From IMG/VR virus record IMGVR_UViG_3300029704_000004: DNA of 64,000 nucleotides. One strand, written 5' to 3'. Positions 10,926-21,000 of the stretch are shown piece after piece. The position numbers and the translations under genes are program-made. The notes beneath the pieces were generated by a model, which was not told the DNA's origin, did no database searches, and saw nothing but the letters and a program-made list of their open reading frames with translations. The stretch's first letter is position 1, and each line of letters opens with the position of its first letter. This stretch comes from a virus.

Positions 10926-13900
10926 ATGGATTTTGAAGAAATAAAAAATATGGCTACTAATGGTGTTAGTTATATAAATCCTAGCCCTAGTAGAAGTAAG
11001 AAGCATCCAAGTCCTAAAATACTTAATAGTTTAGACCCTATAAAGATTGCTGAATTAACAACTGGTTTTGCTGATAGAGAAATCAATGAAGGTCTTACTA
11101 GTGGTAAAGTTCTTACTAATCAAGCTGATAAAGCAGACCAACTTCGTCATTATGGAGTTACTCCAAATGCTAGTATCGTTGACGTAGATAAGGTTCTTGC
11201 TGAATCTCAAAGTAATCTTCGTAAGTTAGGTTCTGCTGTTAGTCAAGCAGTAGTTAGTGAAATTGGTCTCGGCACTGTAAGAGGTGCCGCAGACCTTTTT
11301 GACCTTATAGGTAATGTAGTTACAGGAAATGCTGCTAATAATGATTATACTAACCCAGTTAGCGAAAAGATTCAAGAATGGCAAGATTATTTTAATACTG
11401 AAGTTGCTCCTATTTATGCTGACCCAAATTTAGATATAACTAATGGTGGTTTAACTAATTTTGGTTGGTGGGCAAGTAATATGCCAAGTATTATGAGTTC
11501 TGTTACTTTATTACTTCCTAGTACAGCTGCAACTAAAGGTTTACAATGGTTAGCTAAAGCTTCTGCTGCAAGTAAACTTGGAACTGCTACTCGTAATGGA
11601 ATTAAAGCTCTTGTTGGAATAGATAGAGCTCTTGGTAAAGAAGGTAGAACTCTGAATAAATTTCAACAAGGAGTTAAAACTCTTGTAGATGCTCCTATTA
11701 ATGGTCTTGGTGCTAGAACTGGACAATTTGTAGAAACAGGTTTAAATGCTGCTTTAAGTAGAACTATGGAGAACTATCAAGAAGCACAAGGTGTATATAG
11801 TGATGTATTTAATACAGCTACTGATACACTTAATAAAATGACTCCACAAGAGTTTACAGAATTTGTCAATAAGAACCAAGACATTTATAATGAAGCTGGT
11901 GGTGATAATGCTAGTAAAGAAGATATTGCTAGAGTTATTGCTCAAAAGTCTGCTAATCAAGACTTCCTTACTAACTATGTAAATATTGGTTCTGATATTC
12001 TTCAATTATATGGTTTACGAAATATGTGGAAAGGTTTAAAGAATGGAGTTAGTTCTTCTACTTTAACTTCTGCTGCTCGTAATGCTAGACGAACACTTGG
12101 TAAAACTCCTGAAGAAATAGCTGAAATGGAAGCTAAACAATCTTTTTTAAAGAAAGCTGGTCAAAAGATTATTGATAAAGCTTTAGATGAAAAGACTGTT
12201 ATTGCTGGAGAACTTAGTGAAGGTCTTGAAGAAGCAGTTAACTATATTTCCCAAATGGAAGGTACTCATCTTGGTAATGTTTATCTTGGACTTGAAAGTG
12301 ATTCAGCTTTTGATGATAGACTTCAAAAGTATATGCGAAGTGGAGGTCTTTGGGATAGTGTATTCTGGGGAGTAATGGGTGGTGTTGTATTTCATCATTT
12401 AGGCAGTGGTTTTGGAAGAATTAGCCAAACTTTAAAAGATAGAGCTGATTCTAAAACTGACGAAAGAACTGGTGAAGGTAAATCAAAATCTATGTTTAGT
12501 CTTAGTGAAACTTCTGAAATCAAAGCTCGTAAAGCTAATATTGAATCTTGGAACAATAGTATAGAAAACTATTGGAACCAAATGTCCCAAATTAAAGACG
12601 GAAATAATCCTTTTAGTGTTAGCAATGAAGATAAAACTTTCAATAACGATTTAGATAAAGAAGCTGCTGCTCAACGAGCTTATGATGAACTTCTTACTGG
12701 TATGACTTTAAATGCTGCTCATAATGGAAATCTTGGTATGCTTAGAAGTTATATGTCTAGTGATGATGTTCGTAAAGCTATGGTTGATAAAGGTGTAACT
12801 GATGAAGCTAATTCTAAAGTTGACCAACAGAAAGCTTTGGATAAAATGGATGAAGTTACTGCTAGTTATGAAGCTGAATTAAAGAAACTTGTCAATTTAA
12901 GTGAAGCAGTTAGAGTAACTAAACATACTGATGATATTCTTCCTATAGAGTTCTTGCAAAGTATTGCTACTAATAACGTTGTTAATAAACAATACAATGA
13001 TAAGATTAATACTCAAATTGATGAACTTGATAAGCAAATAAATACTGCTTTTGATAATGAAGATATTAAAAATATTTTAGGTCAAGATTATACTCCTGAA
13101 CAATATCAAATTGCTGCAAGTACCGCTTTGCTTACTAATGAACTTCGTACACTTCAAGCTGAAAGAAGTCGTCTTCTTAGTGATAAAAAGAAGATGAATA
13201 ATATTAGTACTAAAGTTGCTGTTGATAATATCAATAAACTTATGAATAAGTATCAAGACATGATTGATACTAATAGTTTAAGATATGCTCTTCATGAATC
13301 TTTACAAGGTGCTTATAATGATGAAGGTAAAGTACAAAGTTTTACTAATCAAGCTAGTACTACTCTTGCCAATATACTTAGTGGTAAAACAAATAGCGGA
13401 TTGTGGCTTACTGATGATGATATTGTTGAAGAATTAAAGAACTTTGCTAAGAAGTTCTCTGTTAGTCCTAGAATTGCAGAATTTGAAAATCCTACTGATA
13501 TAGTTAATCAAGTTAGAGAACATGGAACTTATCTCAGAAGGATTAATCAAAAACTTCAAGCTACTGATAAAATTGGAGTAAATGGAACTGATGGTACTCT
13601 TTCAGCTTTACTTGTTAATAAGACTGCTCTTGAATTAAGACGTGCTTATAATGAAAGTAAAATGGTTAATAACGCTGATGAACTTGCTACAGAGATTTCA
13701 TTTATGAATAATACTATGAATGAAGGTCGTAAGAAAGCTATTGATTCAGCTTATGAAACTATTACTAAATTATCAGATAAGTACGGTAATGATAAATTTG
13801 CTGCAAGAATAGGTGATGCTATTGGAGCTTATTATCAAAGAAGTAAAGATGATATTGATTCTATTCTTGATTTTATGAATGAAGATGATAAATCTGCACT

Positions 13901-16900
13901 TAATGATGCTCTTGATGTTCTTAATCTTACTAAAGGAAAGAATTATCGTTTAGGAGAACAAATTCAAGGTTTCCTTAGTCTTCGTCAAGATATATTTGAT
14001 AGTCAAGAAAGAGAAGAAAGTCATAATGTTAATAATCCAGATGATAGTAATAATGGTGCTGAACCAGAGAGTACAACTACTCCTCCCCCTAGCACGCAAA
14101 CGACCTCAAATCCTGCGTCACAAGCCACTCAACCTCAGCAGCCTATTAATCAATCGGCAAGCACCCCACAGTCGCCTATAGCGCAAGGAAACACGCCTAC
14201 AGGCAATTCGCAATCACAAAGTGCGCAGCCAACACTACGCAACGAAGTGGGTGAGCGGGTCACAGAATTTTTAAATAGTCATAGTTCTATAAAACCAACT
14301 AATATAAAAGTAGATAAAAATGGTAATGTTTCTAGTGGTGAACTTACTATTGATAATAATGCTAGAACGGAAGATATATTTGCTTTTATGGGTAATGCAG
14401 ATTTATTTGAAAATCCTGAACTCGCTAATATTCCTAGTGCTACTGTAGAAAGAAATCCAAGTTTTGAATATGATGATAATAGTAATCCTATTATTATTCA
14501 AAAAGGAAAAATTGACGTACAATTAGCAACTGGTCAATCAAATAGTTCAATACCTTTTACGGGGGGGTCTTCTGGTTCTAATGCTAGTACATCTACACAA
14601 GATAATACTAGTACTAATCAACAAACTACTCAGCAACAAGCTCAACCAGCTACTCAACCTCAAGTTGTAGATAGAGCTGAACTTACTGCTAATTTTATGG
14701 GAAAACTTAGAACTAGTGGTAAAGAAATTAAAGCAGGTAATTTAACTGCTGAAGAGTTTATTAAATCTCTTAAAGATGAAGGTATTGCTCTTGGAGCAAG
14801 TCAAGAAGATATTGACGGAGCTATAACCAGTGTAAAAGCTGTTATGAACAACCTTCTTGGAACTACTTTTGCTTCTAGTGTTGGTGAAGTTATGCTTGCT
14901 AGTGCAGTAGAGGAATATAAACCAAGTTTATCTTTCGGAAATGAATATAAAGATGCTGCTAATAATATGCTTAAAAATTATGCTTTTGAAGTTAAACTCA
15001 GACAACATAACGGAAAGTATTATGGTAATCTTGAAGATTTACTCCGATATATAAACGAACATAGTCCTAGTAAGAATACTGCTGATTTCATTTATAATAG
15101 TCTTAAAGAATATCTTAAAACTGAAGAAGCTAAAAAGCAATTTGTAATGCTTGATGCTGATTCAGTTGATGATGCTGAATTTATGACTAATGTTCGTAAG
15201 ACTGCTGGTGAACGTAGAGCCGAAGCTATTAAAGCTGGTACTCTTAAACGAGTTAATATTCGTGAGCTTAGTGAAGTAGTTCCTCCTGATAGAATTGATG
15301 CAAGTTTAGCAGAACTTGATAAAATTAAAGAAGGCGATAAACTTACTGTAAAGAAAGCAAACAAGCTTGCTACTAATACTGATGTTTTATTAGTTCAACA
15401 TAATGGTACTACTGTTGGTTGGATGGGTATTCCTACTTTTGATGTATCAACAGGAAGATATATTCAAGTTAACGATTGTATCAAATATACTGTAGGTAGG
15501 TCTGCTGAATATGATGGTGCTGTTAAAGATTGGATTCTTTCTATAGCTGACCCAAAAGATGAAGATAGTAGAAAACTTAACGACCTTCTTTATAAAATAG
15601 CATTTGATAAGAAATATGATGGTTCATTTGTTGAGAAGTTTAAGAATAATCCTAGAGTTCAGGAAGCTGTAAAGAATGATTTTATAGTTATCAATAAAGA
15701 TAAAGGTTTTACTTATGCTAAAGCTCTTGATGGTATGGTTAAATTATGGAGATATAATCCTAATGTATCTTCTTTTAATCCTATTCCTGAAAGTATTAAA
15801 TTGTTCTTTGATAATCTTAGAACTAGTTATCAAACTAGTTTAGCTTTGATTAATAACAATCAAGAACTTACTGTTAGTAAAATAAGTAAAGGTGAACTTC
15901 TTAGACTTGCTCCGCATGGAACTCCTGGAGAAGCATTTAGATTTGCTCAACCTGCAAGTATTGCTATTAGTAGTAAAACTGATGCTAGAATAGCTTTAGC
16001 TAGAAATCTATCTCAAATTGAAGTTAGCGGTAAGCAAACTAATGATAATCTTGGTTTTAGAATGAACCAAACATTAATTGCTATCGATAATGGAAATGGT
16101 ACTATAGATTATACTAATGCTTATCCTGTAAATTGGGGAGTTACTAACTATGAGAAAGATGGTAAACTTGTAAATATGCCACATAGTAAAGTTCTTGCTG
16201 ATTTAACTAACGCTATTGAAGGGCAAATTATTGATAGACTTACTAATCTTCAGAAAGGTGATAGTTTAGCTAATTGGAATGAGTTTAGAAGTTTTCTTGA
16301 TACTCTTCTTGATTATAACAATAATAGTACTCTATTTAAAACTAGTGGTGTTTTTCATCGTAACAATGGACTTACTTATATTAATGCTGGAAGTAAAGCT
16401 GTAGCACTTTATGCTTGTGATACTAAACGTACTGGTGCTCCTACACAACTTGTATTTATGGAACATGGTAAAAAAGTTAGTAGTTATAGCTTGTTAGATA
16501 ATGGAGCTGAAGCTGGTAAAGCTCTTGTTCAATTCCTTAGAGAAAACGCTACTGTAAACTTTGCTCACGAACTTCTTAGTAGTGATAATAATACTTCTAT
16601 TCCTTTAAAAGGTTTTGTAAGTAGAAATGCTGACGGAAAACTTGTGATTAATATACCTGAGTATAATGGTAAAAATGGTTTTAATCGTGTTGAAGAATCA
16701 TATAATGATTTTATGATTAAGAATGATTTACTTAGAGTAGATTTAGCTCAAGTTGATGGAAGTAACTATTCAAGATTTTCATCTAATATGAAAGCTAATA
16801 GCGTACTTGAATTTACTGTAGGTGATGAGGTGAAACAAGAAGAAGAAAAGCCACTAGAACCCCCCCGTAAAGAGAATGTATCCACCAATACCACTGACCG

Positions 16901-17942
16901 AGTTAAATCTATTATTGAAAGTGATAGTAAAACTAAAGGTCTTGATATTGCAAAAGCTATTCTTCCTGAAGAAGCTGTAAATCTTCTTAATAATGCAGGC
17001 AAATTAACTAGTATTTTACCAGAAAATGTTATCTTTGCAAATGACAGAATCGAAAAGTTTAGAGCTTCTGAAAAGAATAACAATATCAACGCTATGTATG
17101 AAAAAGGAGATATTGTCGTTGGTGATGATTTCTTTAAAGAAACTAGTGGTCGTCAAGTAAGAATACTTATTCACGAAGGTCTTCATAAAAGACTTCATGA
17201 TTATGGTCCTTCTCAACACAGAAAGTTCCTCAATAATATGACTGAAATTTATGATGATTTTAGTAAAGCTATTGATGAAGACCTTAAAGATATTGCTGAT
17301 GGTAATATTAAAGCTGTTAGAGAAAGACGTAACTTTGAAGATACTTTAACTGACGAAGCTATAACAGATTGGCTTAAATACATAGACAGTTTCAAATTTA
17401 AAGAATATGTAGATAGAGGTCAACTTGATAGAGCTAAAGAAGAGTTTATCGTAGAATCTCTTACTAATGTAGAGTTCATTGATTATCTTAATAAAGTCAA
17501 AGTAGATGATGTTGGAGATAAATCTAGACATAGAACTGCTTGGCAAATGATTATGGACTTTATCAATAAATTGTTTAGACTTGATATAGCTGAAGGAAGT
17601 CTCAGAGAAAAAGAGTATAATGCATTTGCTAAAGCTTTAAGTATAGATAAAAATGCTGATACAAATGTTCAAACTGAGACAGAACCTACTATAGAAGAAA
17701 CTCAAGATGAACAAGTTGAAGATGAAGTTGTCGAAGATGAAACTCCTACTCCTGGAGGCGATAAAGACATAAATAATGGTGTTGATTTAGATGATGTTTA
17801 TGATGATGATGATGATGTTAATCTATCCTCACGCTCAGAATATCCGTCCCTCTACTCGACAATCGAAAGCCTTCCAATGGAGCAACATTCGCAATTTGCC
17901 ACTTTGCTTGCGTCAGGTGACATTTCGATTACATGCAAATAA
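10926..17942 (+). CDS. giant virion protein with zincin-like HExxH metallopeptidase motif
   Basis: 2338-aa uninterrupted ORF. VRILIHEGLHKRLHD contains HEGLH (17172..17186). Two P/S/T/Q-rich linkers and an acidic tract near the C-terminus. Followed by a terminator. Confidence 0.6.
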   Translation: MDFEEIKNMATNGVSYINPSPSRSKKHPSPKILNSLDPIKIAELTTGFADREINEGLTSGKVLTNQADKADQLRHYGVTPNASIVDVDKVLAESQSNLRKLGSAVSQAVVSEIGLGTVRGAADLFDLIGNVVTGNAANNDYTNPVSEKIQEWQDYFNTEVAPIYADPNLDITNGGLTNFGWWASNMPSIMSSVTLLLPSTAATKGLQWLAKASAASKLGTATRNGIKALVGIDRALGKEGRTLNKFQQGVKTLVDAPINGLGARTGQFVETGLNAALSRTMENYQEAQGVYSDVFNTATDTLNKMTPQEFTEFVNKNQDIYNEAGGDNASKEDIARVIAQKSANQDFLTNYVNIGSDILQLYGLRNMWKGLKNGVSSSTLTSAARNARRTLGKTPEEIAEMEAKQSFLKKAGQKIIDKALDEKTVIAGELSEGLEEAVNYISQMEGTHLGNVYLGLESDSAFDDRLQKYMRSGGLWDSVFWGVMGGVVFHHLGSGFGRISQTLKDRADSKTDERTGEGKSKSMFSLSETSEIKARKANIESWNNSIENYWNQMSQIKDGNNPFSVSNEDKTFNNDLDKEAAAQRAYDELLTGMTLNAAHNGNLGMLRSYMSSDDVRKAMVDKGVTDEANSKVDQQKALDKMDEVTASYEAELKKLVNLSEAVRVTKHTDDILPIEFLQSIATNNVVNKQYNDKINTQIDELDKQINTAFDNEDIKNILGQDYTPEQYQIAASTALLTNELRTLQAERSRLLSDKKKMNNISTKVAVDNINKLMNKYQDMIDTNSLRYALHESLQGAYNDEGKVQSFTNQASTTLANILSGKTNSGLWLTDDDIVEELKNFAKKFSVSPRIAEFENPTDIVNQVREHGTYLRRINQKLQATDKIGVNGTDGTLSALLVNKTALELRRAYNESKMVNNADELATEISFMNNTMNEGRKKAIDSAYETITKLSDKYGNDKFAARIGDAIGAYYQRSKDDIDSILDFMNEDDKSALNDALDVLNLTKGKNYRLGEQIQGFLSLRQDIFDSQEREESHNVNNPDDSNNGAEPESTTTPPPSTQTTSNPASQATQPQQPINQSASTPQSPIAQGNTPTGNSQSQSAQPTLRNEVGERVTEFLNSHSSIKPTNIKVDKNGNVSSGELTIDNNARTEDIFAFMGNADLFENPELANIPSATVERNPSFEYDDNSNPIIIQKGKIDVQLATGQSNSSIPFTGGSSGSNASTSTQDNTSTNQQTTQQQAQPATQPQVVDRAELTANFMGKLRTSGKEIKAGNLTAEEFIKSLKDEGIALGASQEDIDGAITSVKAVMNNLLGTTFASSVGEVMLASAVEEYKPSLSFGNEYKDAANNMLKNYAFEVKLRQHNGKYYGNLEDLLRYINEHSPSKNTADFIYNSLKEYLKTEEAKKQFVMLDADSVDDAEFMTNVRKTAGERRAEAIKAGTLKRVNIRELSEVVPPDRIDASLAELDKIKEGDKLTVKKANKLATNTDVLLVQHNGTTVGWMGIPTFDVSTGRYIQVNDCIKYTVGRSAEYDGAVKDWILSIADPKDEDSRKLNDLLYKIAFDKKYDGSFVEKFKNNPRVQEAVKNDFIVINKDKGFTYAKALDGMVKLWRYNPNVSSFNPIPESIKLFFDNLRTSYQTSLALINNNQELTVSKISKGELLRLAPHGTPGEAFRFAQPASIAISSKTDARIALARNLSQIEVSGKQTNDNLGFRMNQTLIAIDNGNGTIDYTNAYPVNWGVTNYEKDGKLVNMPHSKVLADLTNAIEGQIIDRLTNLQKGDSLANWNEFRSFLDTLLDYNNNSTLFKTSGVFHRNNGLTYINAGSKAVALYACDTKRTGAPTQLVFMEHGKKVSSYSLLDNGAEAGKALVQFLRENATVNFAHELLSSDNNTSIPLKGFVSRNADGKLVINIPEYNGKNGFNRVEESYNDFMIKNDLLRVDLAQVDGSNYSRFSSNMKANSVLEFTVGDEVKQEEEKPLEPPRKENVSTNTTDRVKSIIESDSKTKGLDIAKAILPEEAVNLLNNAGKLTSILPENVIFANDRIEKFRASEKNNNINAMYEKGDIVVGDDFFKETSGRQVRILIHEGLHKRLHDYGPSQHRKFLNNMTEIYDDFSKAIDEDLKDIADGNIKAVRERRNFEDTLTDEAITDWLKYIDSFKFKEYVDRGQLDRAKEEFIVESLTNVEFIDYLNKVKVDDVGDKSRHRTAWQMIMDFINKLFRLDIAEGSLREKEYNAFAKALSIDKNADTNVQTETEPTIEETQDEQVEDEVVEDETPTPGGDKDINNGVDLDDVYDDDDDVNLSSRSEYPSLYSTIESLPMEQHSQFATLLASGDISITCK
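14550..14570 (+). repeat. GC-rich dispersed word, forward copy 3
   Basis: ATACCTTTTACGGGGGGGTCT; in CDS 10926..17942, read as IPFTGGS, a different frame from copy 1. Confidence 0.85.
16854..16881 (-). repeat. GC-rich dispersed word, reverse copy 4 (variant)
   Basis: CTAGAACCCCCCCGTAAAGAGAATGTAT; in CDS 10926..17942, read as LEPPRKENV. Confidence 0.75.
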
Positions 17943-17951
17943 GATTAATCG

Positions 17952-17985
17952 CTCGCTGAGAAATAAGCCTCTCAGCGAGTTTTTA
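17952..17985 (+). terminator. intrinsic terminator after the 2338-aa gene
   Basis: Perfect 9-bp GC-rich stem CTCGCTGAG / CTCAGCGAG with a 10-nt loop, followed by TTTTT. Confidence 0.8.
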
Positions 17986-18014
17986 AAATATTAAATAACT
18001 TAATATAGATAGTT

Positions 18015-21000
18015 ATGGCTAATAATTGTAGTTTAAAATTTAATGAAACTAAGGTTTACACCAACCTTAAAGCTGAAGTTGGAAACGATGATGTTTTATT
18101 TAACAGCTTAATGAGTGCAGTAATTGATGGTTCTAGACCATCTGGTTTTAACAAGGAATTTGAAACCTATTATGCTAATAATTATGGTTCTATTCCTAAT
18201 ACAAATGATGAAAGTAAAGAAGTTGCTACTGCTATTCAAAATTTTTATAAGAATAGAAATTTTAATGTAAATGAGCATACAACTGATTCTGCTTTCATTT
18301 CTGATGTTAAGTCTAAAGGTTATACTAGTACTGCTGCTAAAACTTGTGGTATTAGAACTACTGGTAATTTGATGTTAGCATTCTATCATAACGATTTAAT
18401 TAAAGGTCGTCTTGAAGAACATGCTGAAGATAGAAAAGATAATCTCGCAAATAGAGTTATAAATCGTATGTTGGGAGCTGTAGCAACAAATATTCTTGAA
18501 GCTAGAAAAGTAGAAGCTACAAAAGAAGAAATTGCTAAAGTTCGTAAACAACTTATGAATACTAAGAGTAATGATTTTGTTAAGCTTGAGGATGAAGTTT
18601 CTAAAACTACTCCTCAACTTAGAAATCAATTTGCTACTCTTAAAGATATGCTTTCTGATAAAGTTAAATATTTTACTCAAGTTATTCAAACTGATGATAG
18701 ACTTGGCGAAATTCGTTTTAAGAAAGATGATGATTTAAGTCAGCAAGAAGCAGATTGGAGTGAAAGTTTCGATATAGAAGATGATGATGATTTAAATCTT
18801 AACAATGCTGCTGATAATGCAAGTAACAACGAAAAAGATACTACTACTGCTCGTTGGGAAGATAATGGAACTAAATCTGACTTTATGAAAGATTTTAGTT
18901 TTGCTGTTCGTAGTTATCTTTCAACTATTCCTAAACTTAGTAGTACAGAAGTAAGTGCTGACGGTAAATATCAATATGATAAAAGTAATCCTCTTGGAAT
19001 GGTAGATTATATGGATTTTAAAGTCGTAAACTCTGCAATTAGAGGAGATATTGAAACTACTAATATTGATGCTTTTTTAAAGAAACTTGAAGATATTGCA
19101 AAATCTAATAAAGAATATGCTGGTCTTGCTTATTTAGCTAATGACCTTAAAAAGAAACCAGATTTTGCTTATAAATTATTTCAAGTTTATAGAAGAAGAA
19201 CTATAAGAAAACAGCAAGTTCGTATTGATGATAATTCTGTTTCTCCTACTAGAAGTAATAATCGTGCAGATAAACTTGAAACTTTAAGAATTAATTATCT
19301 TAATGATATTAAGTCAACTGCTCTTAATATCATGATTGAAGATACTAATGATATTCTTGGAGCAATTAAAACTAAAATAGATGATTATAAGACACTTCAA
19401 AAAACTAAAGGATTTGATTTAAATAAACAAGCATTAAGTGCTGATATTATCAATGCTATTGCTAGTCGTTTAAAGCAATATTATCCTTCTCTTGATAAAG
19501 CTGCTATTGAAAGATTCGCTAGACTTAATGGAAAAGTTGACGGTAAAACTCCAAATATTGCTAATAATCTTACTCAACTTTATGGTTATCTTGAGAATAC
19601 TGCAAAGTATGCTAACGAAACTCTTAATAATAAGCGAAATCTTGATAATAGATTTAAAGAAGCTAACAAGATTAAAGATAAGAAAGCTAAGAAAGAAGCT
19701 CTAGATAGTGTTCGTGAAGCTTATAAACAAGGCTATCTTTCTACTAATACAAAAGCTTATGCTCTTGAATTAGCTAAATCTTTAGCTCCATATTCTGTAG
19801 TTAATATTGATTCTAATTCTACTAATGCTCTTGGTAATCAGTCTGCTGACCAAATTAATGACAGTATGATTACTAATTTCCTTAATGCAGTTAAAGCAAC
19901 TTTAACTGAACAGCAAAAAGATGGAAGCAAAGTTTCTACTGAACTTATTAATTATGGAAAGTATAAGTTCCAAGGAGTACAATACAATCTTAGTGGTATT
20001 CTTATGGAACATCGTGATGAGAATGGTGCTGTAATTAATTATGGTCTTTTCTACAAAGATAAAGACGGTAATATTCAAATCACTAATTATGCTAGAGATA
20101 TGGTTAATATCTCTTTGTTCGATGGTGCAGGAAATCCTAATACTAAAGATAATGTTCTTTATTCAGGTATGTCTAAAGGAGATTATGTATATACAGGATT
20201 TGCTCAATACTTTAATACAGAGCAAAATCCTAAGATGCTTATGGGTGATTACTTTATGCGTATTCCTTCTGATGCTCCAAAGAACTTTGTAGTTCATGCT
20301 CCTAGATATAAAGTTGATGGCTTATTCTCTAAGATGCACGCTATTAAAAATGCTAAAGGTGAAGTTATAGCTAAAGAAGTTAGTGTTGATGATATTAACG
20401 AAAATCATCCAATAGTACAACAGTTTAGAAATATATTCAAACAGGAACTGTTGGATATGGTAAACTTTATCAACATTGTATTTGAAGTTAAAGAAAATAC
20501 AGAAACTCTTGAAGATGGTACAGTTGTTGACCAAAGAGGAAGAATTGTATTTAATAATGACAATACTCCAATGTTTAAAAAAGGTTGGGGATTAGATGCT
20601 GAATCTGCTCGTAGAGTATTTGCTAATTATCATATTGGTAAAGGACATAAACATTTTATTGAAAAGAAAGGTGATGGTTGGGCATTTAATGGACTTCTTT
20701 TTAAAGATGATAGATTTGTTCTTACAGATTATAAAACTGGTACAACTACAAAGTATGGTGACGATTTATTAAAATACTTGTTTCCTTCTCTTTACGGGGG
20801 GGCTAGAGATGGCTTTATTCCTTTCACTACTAACGCTAATGGTGAAGTAGAACTTAACCTTACAGCAGACCAAGAAGCTATGATTACTAGAATGGTTAAA
20901 GGTTTTGTAACTGACTATTCTAATAATGCTATTACTCGTATGAGCGAATATAAAGACCTTGACATTAATAATCTTATTAATGAAAAGAATAGTATTGATT

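Noticed and set aside
14061-14660. The P/S/T/Q-rich variable-looking region as a diversity-generating retroelement target.
   Set aside because: No reverse transcriptase gene and no template-repeat copy of the region were visible in the window.
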